Positions 56,466 through 64,000 of a DNA stretch of 64,000 nucleotides are shown in pieces. The DNA is taken from the NCBI GenBank assembly GCA_050250895.1, contig JBFWNU010000009.1:134488-198487 (forward strand). Reading direction: 5' to 3'. A program made the translations under genes and the position numbers. Positions within the stretch are counted from its first letter, which is position 1, and each line of letters starts with the position of its first letter. The notes below the pieces were generated by a model. That model was not told the origin of the DNA. It saw only the letters and a program-made list of their open reading frames with translations, and searched no databases. The stretch comes from Vulcanimicrobiota bacterium (GTDB lineage Bacteria; Vulcanimicrobiota; Xenobia; Xenobiales; JADMJV01).

Positions 56466-58934
56466 GTGTCAACCGCCCAGCGAATCGTGGACTGGTGCCG
56501 GCGCCATCCGGCCATTTTCTCGCTGCTGTTCTCACTGAGCCTGGCCCTGGCCCTGATGCACAAGTTGCTGCTCGGCCAGACCTATCTGCCCACCGACGTG
56601 CTGCTCGACTATCCTTTCTGGTATGACTGGGTGAGCCACCCCAAGAACTTCGACCTGTTCGACGTCATCATCTTGTTCTATCCCCACGATCTGGTCTATC
56701 ACCAGCAGTTGAACCAGGGCCACCTCTTCTTCTGGAACCCCTACAACTATCTTGGCCACCCGGTCTTCGCCGACGGCAAGTCGGCGATGCTCTATCCGGT
56801 CAGGGTTCTGCTCAACATGGTGTGGTCAACCCACCGAGCTCACGACCTCTATCTGCTGCTGCACCTGACTCTACTCGGAGTGGCCACCAGCTGGCTGTTA
56901 CGGCGGCTCGAGCTTTCGCTGTTCGGAGCCACGGTCGGGGCCAGCACCTGGATGCTCAGCGGCTTTGTCATGGGCTGGCTCGAGCACGAGCACGCGGTGA
57001 CCTTTTCGGCCTGGTTGCCGGTAGCGCTGGGCTTGTTGCACCAAGGTTTTAACGAGCGGCGACCAGCCCGATTGATGATGGCCTCGCTGGTGCTGGGCAT
57101 GCTCGGCTTTGCCGGCTCGGTCCAACTGGTGGCCTACGTGCTACTATTTTGCGGGTTCTGGGGGTTGTACTGGTGGTGGCAGAGCGGGCGCAAACCGGCT
57201 TTGCTGGCCTGGTTCGCCGTGGCTATGGCCCTGCCGCTGCCCCTGGCCGGGGTGCAACTGCTGCCGACCATGGAATTGGTGGCCCGTTGCTCACGGCCTC
57301 CGGCCCATCTCGAAATGCTCATCGCTGCCTACCGCCAGCTCTTGCTGGGCCTGCCGGCCAGCCTGCTCGCCCCCGATTTCATGGGCAACCCGGTGGACGG
57401 ATTCGCGCTGCGGCGCATCTGGGCCGGCAACTACTGGACCTACTCCGAGACCTATGCCTATGTGGGAGTGATGCCGCTGTTGCTGGCCGGACTGAGCTGG
57501 AGTTCACGGCGGGATCGAGCCTGGCGCTTTTTCGCCGCGGCCCTGGTGCTGCTGGTGGTGGTACCGGCCTCGCCGCTGTGGGCTGTTCCTTTCCACCTGC
57601 TGCCGGGTTTTCAGCAGACCATGCCCACTCGGCTGCTGATGTTCATCGACTTTTGCCTGGCCGTACTGGCCGCCTACGGAGCCCACGACCTGGTCGCCGG
57701 CAAAGCCCGCGGGATGGGCTCGATGGCCCTGGTGGCCTGCGGCTTCTGCCTGGCCTGGCTGGGAGTGGTGCAGTATGTGGTCTCGCACCTGAGGCCTTTC
57801 CTGGAATGGATGGTGCGCAGCGGGGCGGTGCGACTTCCCGACCCGGACGCGGCGGGTCCCAACTGGGTCCCGGCGGTGGTCTCGGAAGCCACCGGTTTTT
57901 ATTCATGGAGCAACCCCGTCCTGTGGCTTCCGGCCATGTGGTTGGGACTGGCCGCGTTGGTGCTTTTCTGCTGGTCGAGGAGCCTTTTCTCGCGCCAGTT
58001 CCTGATTCTGCTCACCCTCTTCCTGGTGGCGGCCGATCCGCTCTATTACGCTGTCCGCTTCAACGTGGCCAACCCCGTCGAGACCCTCTATCCGCCTACT
58101 CCGGTCAGTTCGTTTCTGCAACGACAACCCGGCTATCATCGCGTCATGGGGCTGGGCACGCTCAAGCCCAACACCGGTATGCCCTACGGTCTGCACGATG
58201 TGGGCGGGGTCGACTCGCTTTTTCCCGACCACATCACCAGGTTCGTCACCGCCCTCGAACTCGGGCCCGGGGCACCCCCTCGCAAGGTTTTCAACAACCA
58301 GCTGTTTCCCATCAGTAACGCTCACTCGCCCCTGCTCGATCTGGCCGGCGTACGCTTCTTGCTCACCTATCCCAGGCCCAACCTGCCGCCCAGATTCGAG
58401 CACCGCCACGGGCGCTATCTCCAGGTCTGGGAAAATCCCAACGCCCTGCCCATCGTGTGGTCGGCCCCCCGAGCCGTGCCGGTACAAAGCTTCGAGCAGG
58501 CACTCGACCAGCTCAACCGCGAGGGTCTCGACTATCGCCAGCAAGTGCTGGTCGAGGGGCTCGAGACCGAGGAATCCTCCCAGACTTTCGCGGTCGAGGT
58601 CCAGGAGTGGTCGCCGGGGCTCATGCGCTGCCGGGTCGAGGCTCCAGAAGGAGGCTGGCTGGTCTTTAGCGAGACTCACTATCCCGGTTGGAAGGCCTCT
58701 CTCGACGGCCAGCGGCTGCCGGTCTATCCAGCCAACGCCCTGTTCATGGCCACGCGCTTGCCTGCAGGCGCTCAGGGAACGGTGGAGTTTCGCTTCGAGC
58801 CCGATAGCTTCCGCCGTGGCCTGGTGGTCAGTGGCCTGGCGGGGCTGGTCTGGCTGGTGTTGCTGGGACTAGCGTTTCGGCTGACAGACCGAGTAGGTGA
58901 GCCTGGCTCCGCGCAGGCGAGTGTCGCGAGTTAG
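56466..58934 (+). CDS. YfhO family (GT-C-like) membrane protein
   Basis: WNPY.YLG.P..AD...A.LYP, many TM helices and C-terminal LVFSE.HYPGWKA.LDG. Confidence 0.85.
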   Translation: MSTAQRIVDWCRRHPAIFSLLFSLSLALALMHKLLLGQTYLPTDVLLDYPFWYDWVSHPKNFDLFDVIILFYPHDLVYHQQLNQGHLFFWNPYNYLGHPVFADGKSAMLYPVRVLLNMVWSTHRAHDLYLLLHLTLLGVATSWLLRRLELSLFGATVGASTWMLSGFVMGWLEHEHAVTFSAWLPVALGLLHQGFNERRPARLMMASLVLGMLGFAGSVQLVAYVLLFCGFWGLYWWWQSGRKPALLAWFAVAMALPLPLAGVQLLPTMELVARCSRPPAHLEMLIAAYRQLLLGLPASLLAPDFMGNPVDGFALRRIWAGNYWTYSETYAYVGVMPLLLAGLSWSSRRDRAWRFFAAALVLLVVVPASPLWAVPFHLLPGFQQTMPTRLLMFIDFCLAVLAAYGAHDLVAGKARGMGSMALVACGFCLAWLGVVQYVVSHLRPFLEWMVRSGAVRLPDPDAAGPNWVPAVVSEATGFYSWSNPVLWLPAMWLGLAALVLFCWSRSLFSRQFLILLTLFLVAADPLYYAVRFNVANPVETLYPPTPVSSFLQRQPGYHRVMGLGTLKPNTGMPYGLHDVGGVDSLFPDHITRFVTALELGPGAPPRKVFNNQLFPISNAHSPLLDLAGVRFLLTYPRPNLPPRFEHRHGRYLQVWENPNALPIVWSAPRAVPVQSFEQALDQLNREGLDYRQQVLVEGLETEESSQTFAVEVQEWSPGLMRCRVEAPEGGWLVFSETHYPGWKASLDGQRLPVYPANALFMATRLPAGAQGTVEFRFEPDSFRRGLVVSGLAGLVWLVLLGLAFRLTDRVGEPGSAQASVAS

Positions 58935-59447
58935 CAAGCTCTGGCAGTCGTAAAGGCCTTCGAGGGGAGCCAGGTGGCCGCGGATGGGCCGAAAGATATA
59001 GTCGCCTCGATCCAGGTGAAGGAAGATGCGCTGAAACCAGTTCGAGCGCTCGGGGTCGGGGTCGACCACCCCCACCGGCCCGCCCACCAACCGGTGCAGG
59101 CGTTGGCCCAGTTGCCCGACCTGCTCTTCCGAAAGGTGATGCAGGGCGCACACCACCAGCGCCTTGGAATACTCGCCTTCGACCACCTGAATGTCGCCGT
59201 GGACGAAACTGACTCCGGGGCGGCCGTAGAGCTTGCGAGCATAGTCGATATAGCCCTCGTCGACGTCGAGCCCGACATATTCGACTCCGTTGCCGGCCAG
59301 ACAGCTGGCCTCCCCTACCCCACAACCCACATCCAGCAATCGGTCGCCGGGCCGCAACTCGAGTAAGCGGTGGAATTCGGCGAAATAGTTGCCGTTGACC
59401 AAACGGCGCAGATAGTGAAAGACGAACGGCACGTTTAGCAACTGCAT
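58869..59447 (-). CDS. Class I SAM-dependent methyltransferase
   Basis: LLDVGCGVG, YVGLD and ALHH. Confidence 0.8.
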   Translation of the reverse strand: MQLLNVPFVFHYLRRLVNGNYFAEFHRLLELRPGDRLLDVGCGVGEASCLAGNGVEYVGLDVDEGYIDYARKLYGRPGVSFVHGDIQVVEGEYSKALVVCALHHLSEEQVGQLGQRLHRLVGGPVGVVDPDPERSNWFQRIFLHLDRGDYIFRPIRGHLAPLEGLYDCQSLLTRDTRLRGARLTYSVCQPKR

Positions 59448-59500
59448 TCCGGGGCGTTCGGCGGTGAAGGGACCCTCTCCCGTTCGCAGAAAGCTGGCCC

Positions 59501-60295
59501 GTGGATCCCAAGATCTATAACGAGAACTACTTTCGCACCATGCGCGGCGAGAGCCAATATTATGAGGGCAAGGCCGAGATCAACCCCCTCTACCAAAAGG
59601 CTCTGCGGGTCATCGGGCGCCACTTTCGCCAGGGCACCGTGCTCGAGTTCGGCTGCGGCCGCGGCGAGATGCTCAAGTTCTGCCTCGACGAGGGGGCCGA
59701 GAAAGTGGTCGGAGTCGACTTTTCGCCGGTAGCTATCGAGCTTTCGGCCCAGCTACTGGCCGGATACGACCAACAGCGCTACGAGCTAAAAGAACAAGAC
59801 GCCGCCAAGTTCGCCTACGACCAGCCGGTCCGCCTGGTGCTGATGATGGATTTCGTCGAGCATGTCCCCGACAGCACCCTCGACCATGTCTTCTCGGTCT
59901 GCGCCCAGTGCCTCGAGCCCGACGGCCAGATCCTGGTCCACACCTTTCCCACCCGAGGGCCCAACAACATCTATCACTGGCTGGTGCGAAAAGGCGTGGT
60001 GGGCGGTTCGCTCGACCTGCAGTATCACGTCAACGTCCAGAGTCGAGCCAGTCTGCGGGCCACCCTCGAGCGGGCCGGTCTGGTCGTCGAGAAGATGTGG
60101 CTCGAAACCGGTTATCTCACCGAATCCAACGTCCTCTATAACCTCAACAAGAAGTATCCCTGGCTGGGCCAGCTGGTGGGCGTGGCCGAACGCTTTCTCA
60201 ATCTCGGCCCGGTCCGCGCGCTGGTGCGGGCCCTGGGCCTGGAAGAATACATCTACATGTCGATCTGGTCTTTGGTGCGCACGCCCAGGTCCTGA
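59501..60295 (+). CDS. Class I SAM-dependent methyltransferase
   Basis: VLEFGCGRG, GVDFS and DFVEHV. Confidence 0.85.
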   Translation: MDPKIYNENYFRTMRGESQYYEGKAEINPLYQKALRVIGRHFRQGTVLEFGCGRGEMLKFCLDEGAEKVVGVDFSPVAIELSAQLLAGYDQQRYELKEQDAAKFAYDQPVRLVLMMDFVEHVPDSTLDHVFSVCAQCLEPDGQILVHTFPTRGPNNIYHWLVRKGVVGGSLDLQYHVNVQSRASLRATLERAGLVVEKMWLETGYLTESNVLYNLNKKYPWLGQLVGVAERFLNLGPVRALVRALGLEEYIYMSIWSLVRTPRS

Positions 60296-62460
60296 GAAAG
60301 CTGCTGGAAGTCCATTCCGATTTTCGAAATGCTGTGGTGGCGCTTGCCGGTGCGACCCAGCGGAATCTCCTCCACATACTCCACCTGGATGTCGGTGGTG
60401 CGCCCCAGATACTCGCGGATCAGGTCGACGATCTCCTCGAAAGCCGAGTCGCTATAACGCGGCCCCCGCACCACCAGAAAGCGCACTGCTCCGGCTTTCT
60501 CTTGCAAGATCTGGAAATGGCGCACCACGTGGTGATAGTCCTTGATGAGGTGGGCAAAGAACGTGCCCGGCACATAGGTGCCGTTGGCCCCCACGATGAT
60601 GGCCTGAACGCGCCCTTCGATATCGCCGATGCGCGGTAGCCCGCGCCCACAGCTGCAGACCTCGTCGGGGTCCACGGCTACGGCCAGATCGCCCACCCGA
60701 TACCGGATAAACGGCATGCAGTAGTTGTTGAGGTCGGTGATGACCACCTCGCCCATCTCGCCAGGAGCGGCCGGCTTGCCGCCCTTGAGGATCTCGACGA
60801 TATAGCTCTCGGCCACCACGTGGTGTCCCTGGTGGGCCTGGCACTCGTAGGCGATGCCCGAAAACTCGCGGCTGCCGTATTTGTCGAAGACCTGGCAGCC
60901 AAATTGCTCTTCGATAATGCGCCGGCTGGCGGCCGGCAGCGACTGGGCTGACGAGATGATGGCCCTGGGGCGAAAAGGCGGAATACCGTGCTCGCGCACA
61001 TAGTGAGCCAGAAAGTTGAACGACTCGGCGTAACCGTCGATGAGCACCGGATTGTAGGCGGCCAATTCGCGGATGAACTTCTCGAGCCGCTCGTCGGTTA
61101 GCTCGAAAGCCGGAATGAAGAGCCGCCGGCTCAGTCGCGCCGCCAGCTTCTCCTTGAAAGCCTGGCTCTGGCTCATGCCGATGGTCTGGTGCCACAGCCG
61201 CGCCTGGCGGTCGCCGAAACGATAGCCCGTCCACTCGGCGCTACGCTGGGTCGAGGCCCAGCGCATCTCCAGTTGAGCCGTGTCGACATAGCAGATGAAA
61301 GGCTCGCCGGTGGAGCCGCTGGTGGTGATCTGGTGAATATCGGCCTTGTTGTGGTTGTCAGACAACAAATCGAAGTAGAGATGCTCGCGCACGTCGTCCT
61401 TGCCCAGCAACGGCAGCTTCTGCAGGTCTTCAATCGTGCGGACGTCGCGCGGGCGCAAGCCCAGCCGGTCGAAGGTCTCGCGATAATAGCCCACGTGGCG
61501 ATAGGCGTGGTCGACCAGCTTTTGCAGCCGCAACTCCTGCAGCTCGCGCACCTGCGCGGGAGCCAGCCATTGGGTCTTCTTGAGCTCGTGGTAATAATCG
61601 GCCGCCCGCCTGGTGATGTTCCAGTGGTGCAGCGGTAAGGTCGAAACGTAGAAATTGAAGGCCTGGCGGCGCCACCCGGGCAACGTCTCTTCTTTCTCTT
61701 GCACCGGATGTTTGGCCAAAAAATCGCCCAGCACCCGGGTGCGGATACCCACCAGGCGGTATTCCACAAAGGCTTTGCCCAGGTCGACCAGCACTCCGCT
61801 GATGACTTTGAAGGGAAATTTAGCGATAAACGACTCGCCCACCAACCGGCTGTTGAACAGCGTCTCGACCTCGCGAATCGAATAGCCACGAGCGTTGGCC
61901 GCCACCGTGATCAGGGACTGAAAATAGGCGTAGTCGTAGCGGTGGCTCAGGATGTCGGCGAACACCTCGCGCCGGCACAGGATAAATCCCGACTTGTTGT
62001 CGCGCAGGTGCATCTTGAACAGCGAGTTGAGCAAGACATTGAGACCGATACTCAGAGTGTAGCGGTTGTCCTTCGAGCGCCCGATCGAGCTGCGCACCCC
62101 CTGCACCAGATCGGCCCCGCTATTTTGCAATTCGCGATAGAGCCGGCCCACGTCTTCGGGCAGATACTGCAAGTCGGCGTCGATGATGCAGACATAGTCG
62201 CCTTTCGAGGCCGCCAAACCCGAGCGCCAACCCGCCTCGATGCCCTGGTTGACGGCGTGGTGCACCCCCACAACCCGCTCATGCTGGTCGCTCAGTCGCT
62301 CGATCTCGGCCCCCGTGCCGTCCGAACTGCCGTCGTTGACCAGGACCACCTGGCCCGAAATCTCGCGCTTGTCAAAGACCGCTAGCAGACGGTCGACCAG
62401 TTCGGCCAGGTTTCCCTCCTCGTTGTAACAGGGGGCTATCACAGACAGGGTCGGTTTCAA
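60253..62460 (-). CDS. Fusion of GT2 (polyprenol-P glycosyltransferase-like) and CapK/PaaK-like adenylate-forming domain
   Basis: SVIAPCYNEE, NDGSSDGT and IDADLQ, then TTSGSTGEP, YGSRE, MPFIRYRVGD and IEGR in one frame. Confidence 0.88.
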   Translation of the reverse strand: MKPTLSVIAPCYNEEGNLAELVDRLLAVFDKREISGQVVLVNDGSSDGTGAEIERLSDQHERVVGVHHAVNQGIEAGWRSGLAASKGDYVCIIDADLQYLPEDVGRLYRELQNSGADLVQGVRSSIGRSKDNRYTLSIGLNVLLNSLFKMHLRDNKSGFILCRREVFADILSHRYDYAYFQSLITVAANARGYSIREVETLFNSRLVGESFIAKFPFKVISGVLVDLGKAFVEYRLVGIRTRVLGDFLAKHPVQEKEETLPGWRRQAFNFYVSTLPLHHWNITRRAADYYHELKKTQWLAPAQVRELQELRLQKLVDHAYRHVGYYRETFDRLGLRPRDVRTIEDLQKLPLLGKDDVREHLYFDLLSDNHNKADIHQITTSGSTGEPFICYVDTAQLEMRWASTQRSAEWTGYRFGDRQARLWHQTIGMSQSQAFKEKLAARLSRRLFIPAFELTDERLEKFIRELAAYNPVLIDGYAESFNFLAHYVREHGIPPFRPRAIISSAQSLPAASRRIIEEQFGCQVFDKYGSREFSGIAYECQAHQGHHVVAESYIVEILKGGKPAAPGEMGEVVITDLNNYCMPFIRYRVGDLAVAVDPDEVCSCGRGLPRIGDIEGRVQAIIVGANGTYVPGTFFAHLIKDYHHVVRHFQILQEKAGAVRFLVVRGPRYSDSAFEEIVDLIREYLGRTTDIQVEYVEEIPLGRTGKRHHSISKIGMDFQQLSQDLGVRTKDQIDM

Positions 62461-63374
62461 GCTTGCTCCTTCATCCAGGCAAAGGTCCGGGCCAGCCCCT
62501 CTTCGAGGCTCACGGCCGGCTTCCACCCCAGTTGGCAAATTCGAGTATTGTCAGCCACCCGCGAGGTGCCAGCAGTGCCGTCGGCCGGCCCGAACACGGG
62601 CGCGAGGTCACTTCCCGCGGTTTTTAGCATGGCCTCGGTCAACTGGTTGACCGACAATCCCCGCCCGCTGCCCACATGCAAGACCTCCCCCGACTCGGGT
62701 CGTTGGCCGGCCAGCAAAGTCGCCTCGACCAGGTCGCCCACATAGGTGTAGTCGAGGCTCTGCTCGCCGTCGCCGAGCACCAGCGGCGGCTCTCCCCCCA
62801 GCAGGCGGGCAAAGTTTTTGTAAATGACCGACGGGTACCCCAGACCATAGAACTGCCCCGGCCCATAGGTAAAGAAATAGCGCAGGGCCGTGGTCGAGGC
62901 TCCGCCCTCTTTGTGATACCAATCCAACAAATGCTCGCCGGCCAGCTTCGAGATGCCGTAGACAGTGGTCGGCCTGGGCCGGTCGTCTTCGCGCAGGGGA
63001 GGCTGATGGCGCCCTCCATGGGCATAGAGCGACGAGGCGAAGACCAGCTTGCGCGCCCTGCCCTTCAGAGCCGCCTCGAGGAGCCGCTGGGTTCCCTGCA
63101 CATTCACTTCCAGGGTGCGGTCGGGCCGGTCCAGGGCCTGGTGGTGCTTGACGGCAGCCAGGTGGAAGATGACCTCGGCCTCGGCCAACTGCCTGGTCGC
63201 CGTCCAGAAGTCACCCCGGACCAGCTCGACGCTCACACTCTCGGCCCGGCCCGTGGAGAGATCGTCGACCACCACCACCTCGGCCCCCAGCTCGACCAGC
63301 CGCGCCACCAGGTGCTGACCGATGAAGCCGCAGCCTCCGGTCACGAGGGTCCTCACCCCCCGCCAGTCGCTCAA
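62457..63374 (-). CDS. NAD-dependent epimerase/dehydratase
   Basis: TGGCGFIG, HLAA, YGISK and YGPG. Confidence 0.92.
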   Translation of the reverse strand: MSDWRGVRTLVTGGCGFIGQHLVARLVELGAEVVVVDDLSTGRAESVSVELVRGDFWTATRQLAEAEVIFHLAAVKHHQALDRPDRTLEVNVQGTQRLLEAALKGRARKLVFASSLYAHGGRHQPPLREDDRPRPTTVYGISKLAGEHLLDWYHKEGGASTTALRYFFTYGPGQFYGLGYPSVIYKNFARLLGGEPPLVLGDGEQSLDYTYVGDLVEATLLAGQRPESGEVLHVGSGRGLSVNQLTEAMLKTAGSDLAPVFGPADGTAGTSRVADNTRICQLGWKPAVSLEEGLARTFAWMKEQA

Positions 63375-64000
63375 GCGGCTCCTTTGCTACACGTCAACAA
63401 GAAGTGGAGAGGAAGGAAGAAGACCGGCAGGTTGTAGCCGCGCACCTCGATGGCTCCCAACTCCTGGGCCCATCCGCCCAAAATCTTGTTGTCGAGTTGG
63501 TGCAAGTGCCACTCATGCCCATCGTGACTGGGCTGGTGTCCGTCGGGTCCCGACTGCTCGAGCAGCCTTCCCAGCCCGAACTTTCTCACCAGGCTCTTGA
63601 GAAAGTGGATGAGCCCGTCGTTGGGCACGGTCAAAATCAGGGTCCCGCCGGGTTTTAGCACCCGTAGACACTCGGCCACCGCCGTACGCGGCTCGAGGGT
63701 GTGCTCGAGCACCTCGGTGCAAAAGACGGCGTCAAAGCGGCCATCCTCGTAGGGCAGCGCCTCGGCGCTACCCTGGCGAATCTCGGCCCGCTCGCCCAAC
63801 CGCTGGCGAGCCATTTCGACCAGGTGCTCGGAAAGGTCGATGCCGTAGACCTTCTGCCGGGGCACGGTAGCCAACACATAACCCGGCCCGCAGCCCACTT
63901 CGAGCACGCTGCCCTCGGCCGGCAAAGCCGCCACCACCCGTCGAATCCGCTGCCCTTGCAGCCAGCGAATGGGAAACCACGAGTTGGAATGATACTCGTC
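63371..64000 (-). CDS. Class I SAM-dependent methyltransferase, 5' end outside the window
   Basis: LEVGCGPG, CTEVLEH and RVLKPGG. The frame stays open to the window end. Confidence 0.85.
   Translation of the reverse strand, partial: DEYHSNSWFPIRWLQGQRIRRVVAALPAEGSVLEVGCGPGYVLATVPRQKVYGIDLSEHLVEMARQRLGERAEIRQGSAEALPYEDGRFDAVFCTEVLEHTLEPRTAVAECLRVLKPGGTLILTVPNDGLIHFLKSLVRKFGLGRLLEQSGPDGHQPSHDGHEWHLHQLDNKILGGWAQELGAIEVRGYNLPVFFLPLHFLLTCSKGAA

Noticed and set aside
53949-56535. Repeat-derived ORFs (ERGCASRWERAYAALRLEF... and similar)
   Set aside because: Several frames are open through the repeats with indels between copies. The conservation is in base pairing, not codons.

Overview
GC-rich bacterial chromosomal window. 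The mix of lineage-specific hypotheticals and heavy TCGA/CTCGAG usage is reminiscent of Ca. Eremiobacterota/Xenobia MAGs, which is a weak inference only. It carries a hydantoinase/oxoprolinase plus two-ATP-grasp operon, a rearranged Wsp-type chemosensory cluster with a divergent REC-GGDEF gene, a STAND-like NTPase, a queuosine-salvage hydrolase, a complete cbb3 oxidase locus (ccoNOQP, small ORF, ccoGHIS, DsbD_2), a TPR-MoxR-DUF58-transglutaminase operon, rlmD-Clp-FHA-DUF1800 and a glycan-modification locus. No rRNA, tRNA, CRISPR array or transposase was seen. Signals the ORF track misses: (1) two in-frame-UGA selenoprotein genes, a SelW/Rdx CxxU protein with a clear SECIS and a DUF6132-like small membrane protein with UGA at the family's conserved Cys; (2) three copies of an FNR/Crp-like box linking ccoN, the DUF6132-like selenoprotein and a candidate ~110-nt sRNA after the cco operon; (3) a family of bipolar mosaic hairpin arrays (constant 9-nt linker plus interchangeable mini-hairpins). 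Two arrays start exactly at TAG stop codons and two bracket a DUF433/PIN toxin-antitoxin pair; (4) a duplicated ECF-like promoter motif before two paralogous membrane proteins, one with a eukaryote-style zinc finger. All family names are from motif recognition, not database searches.
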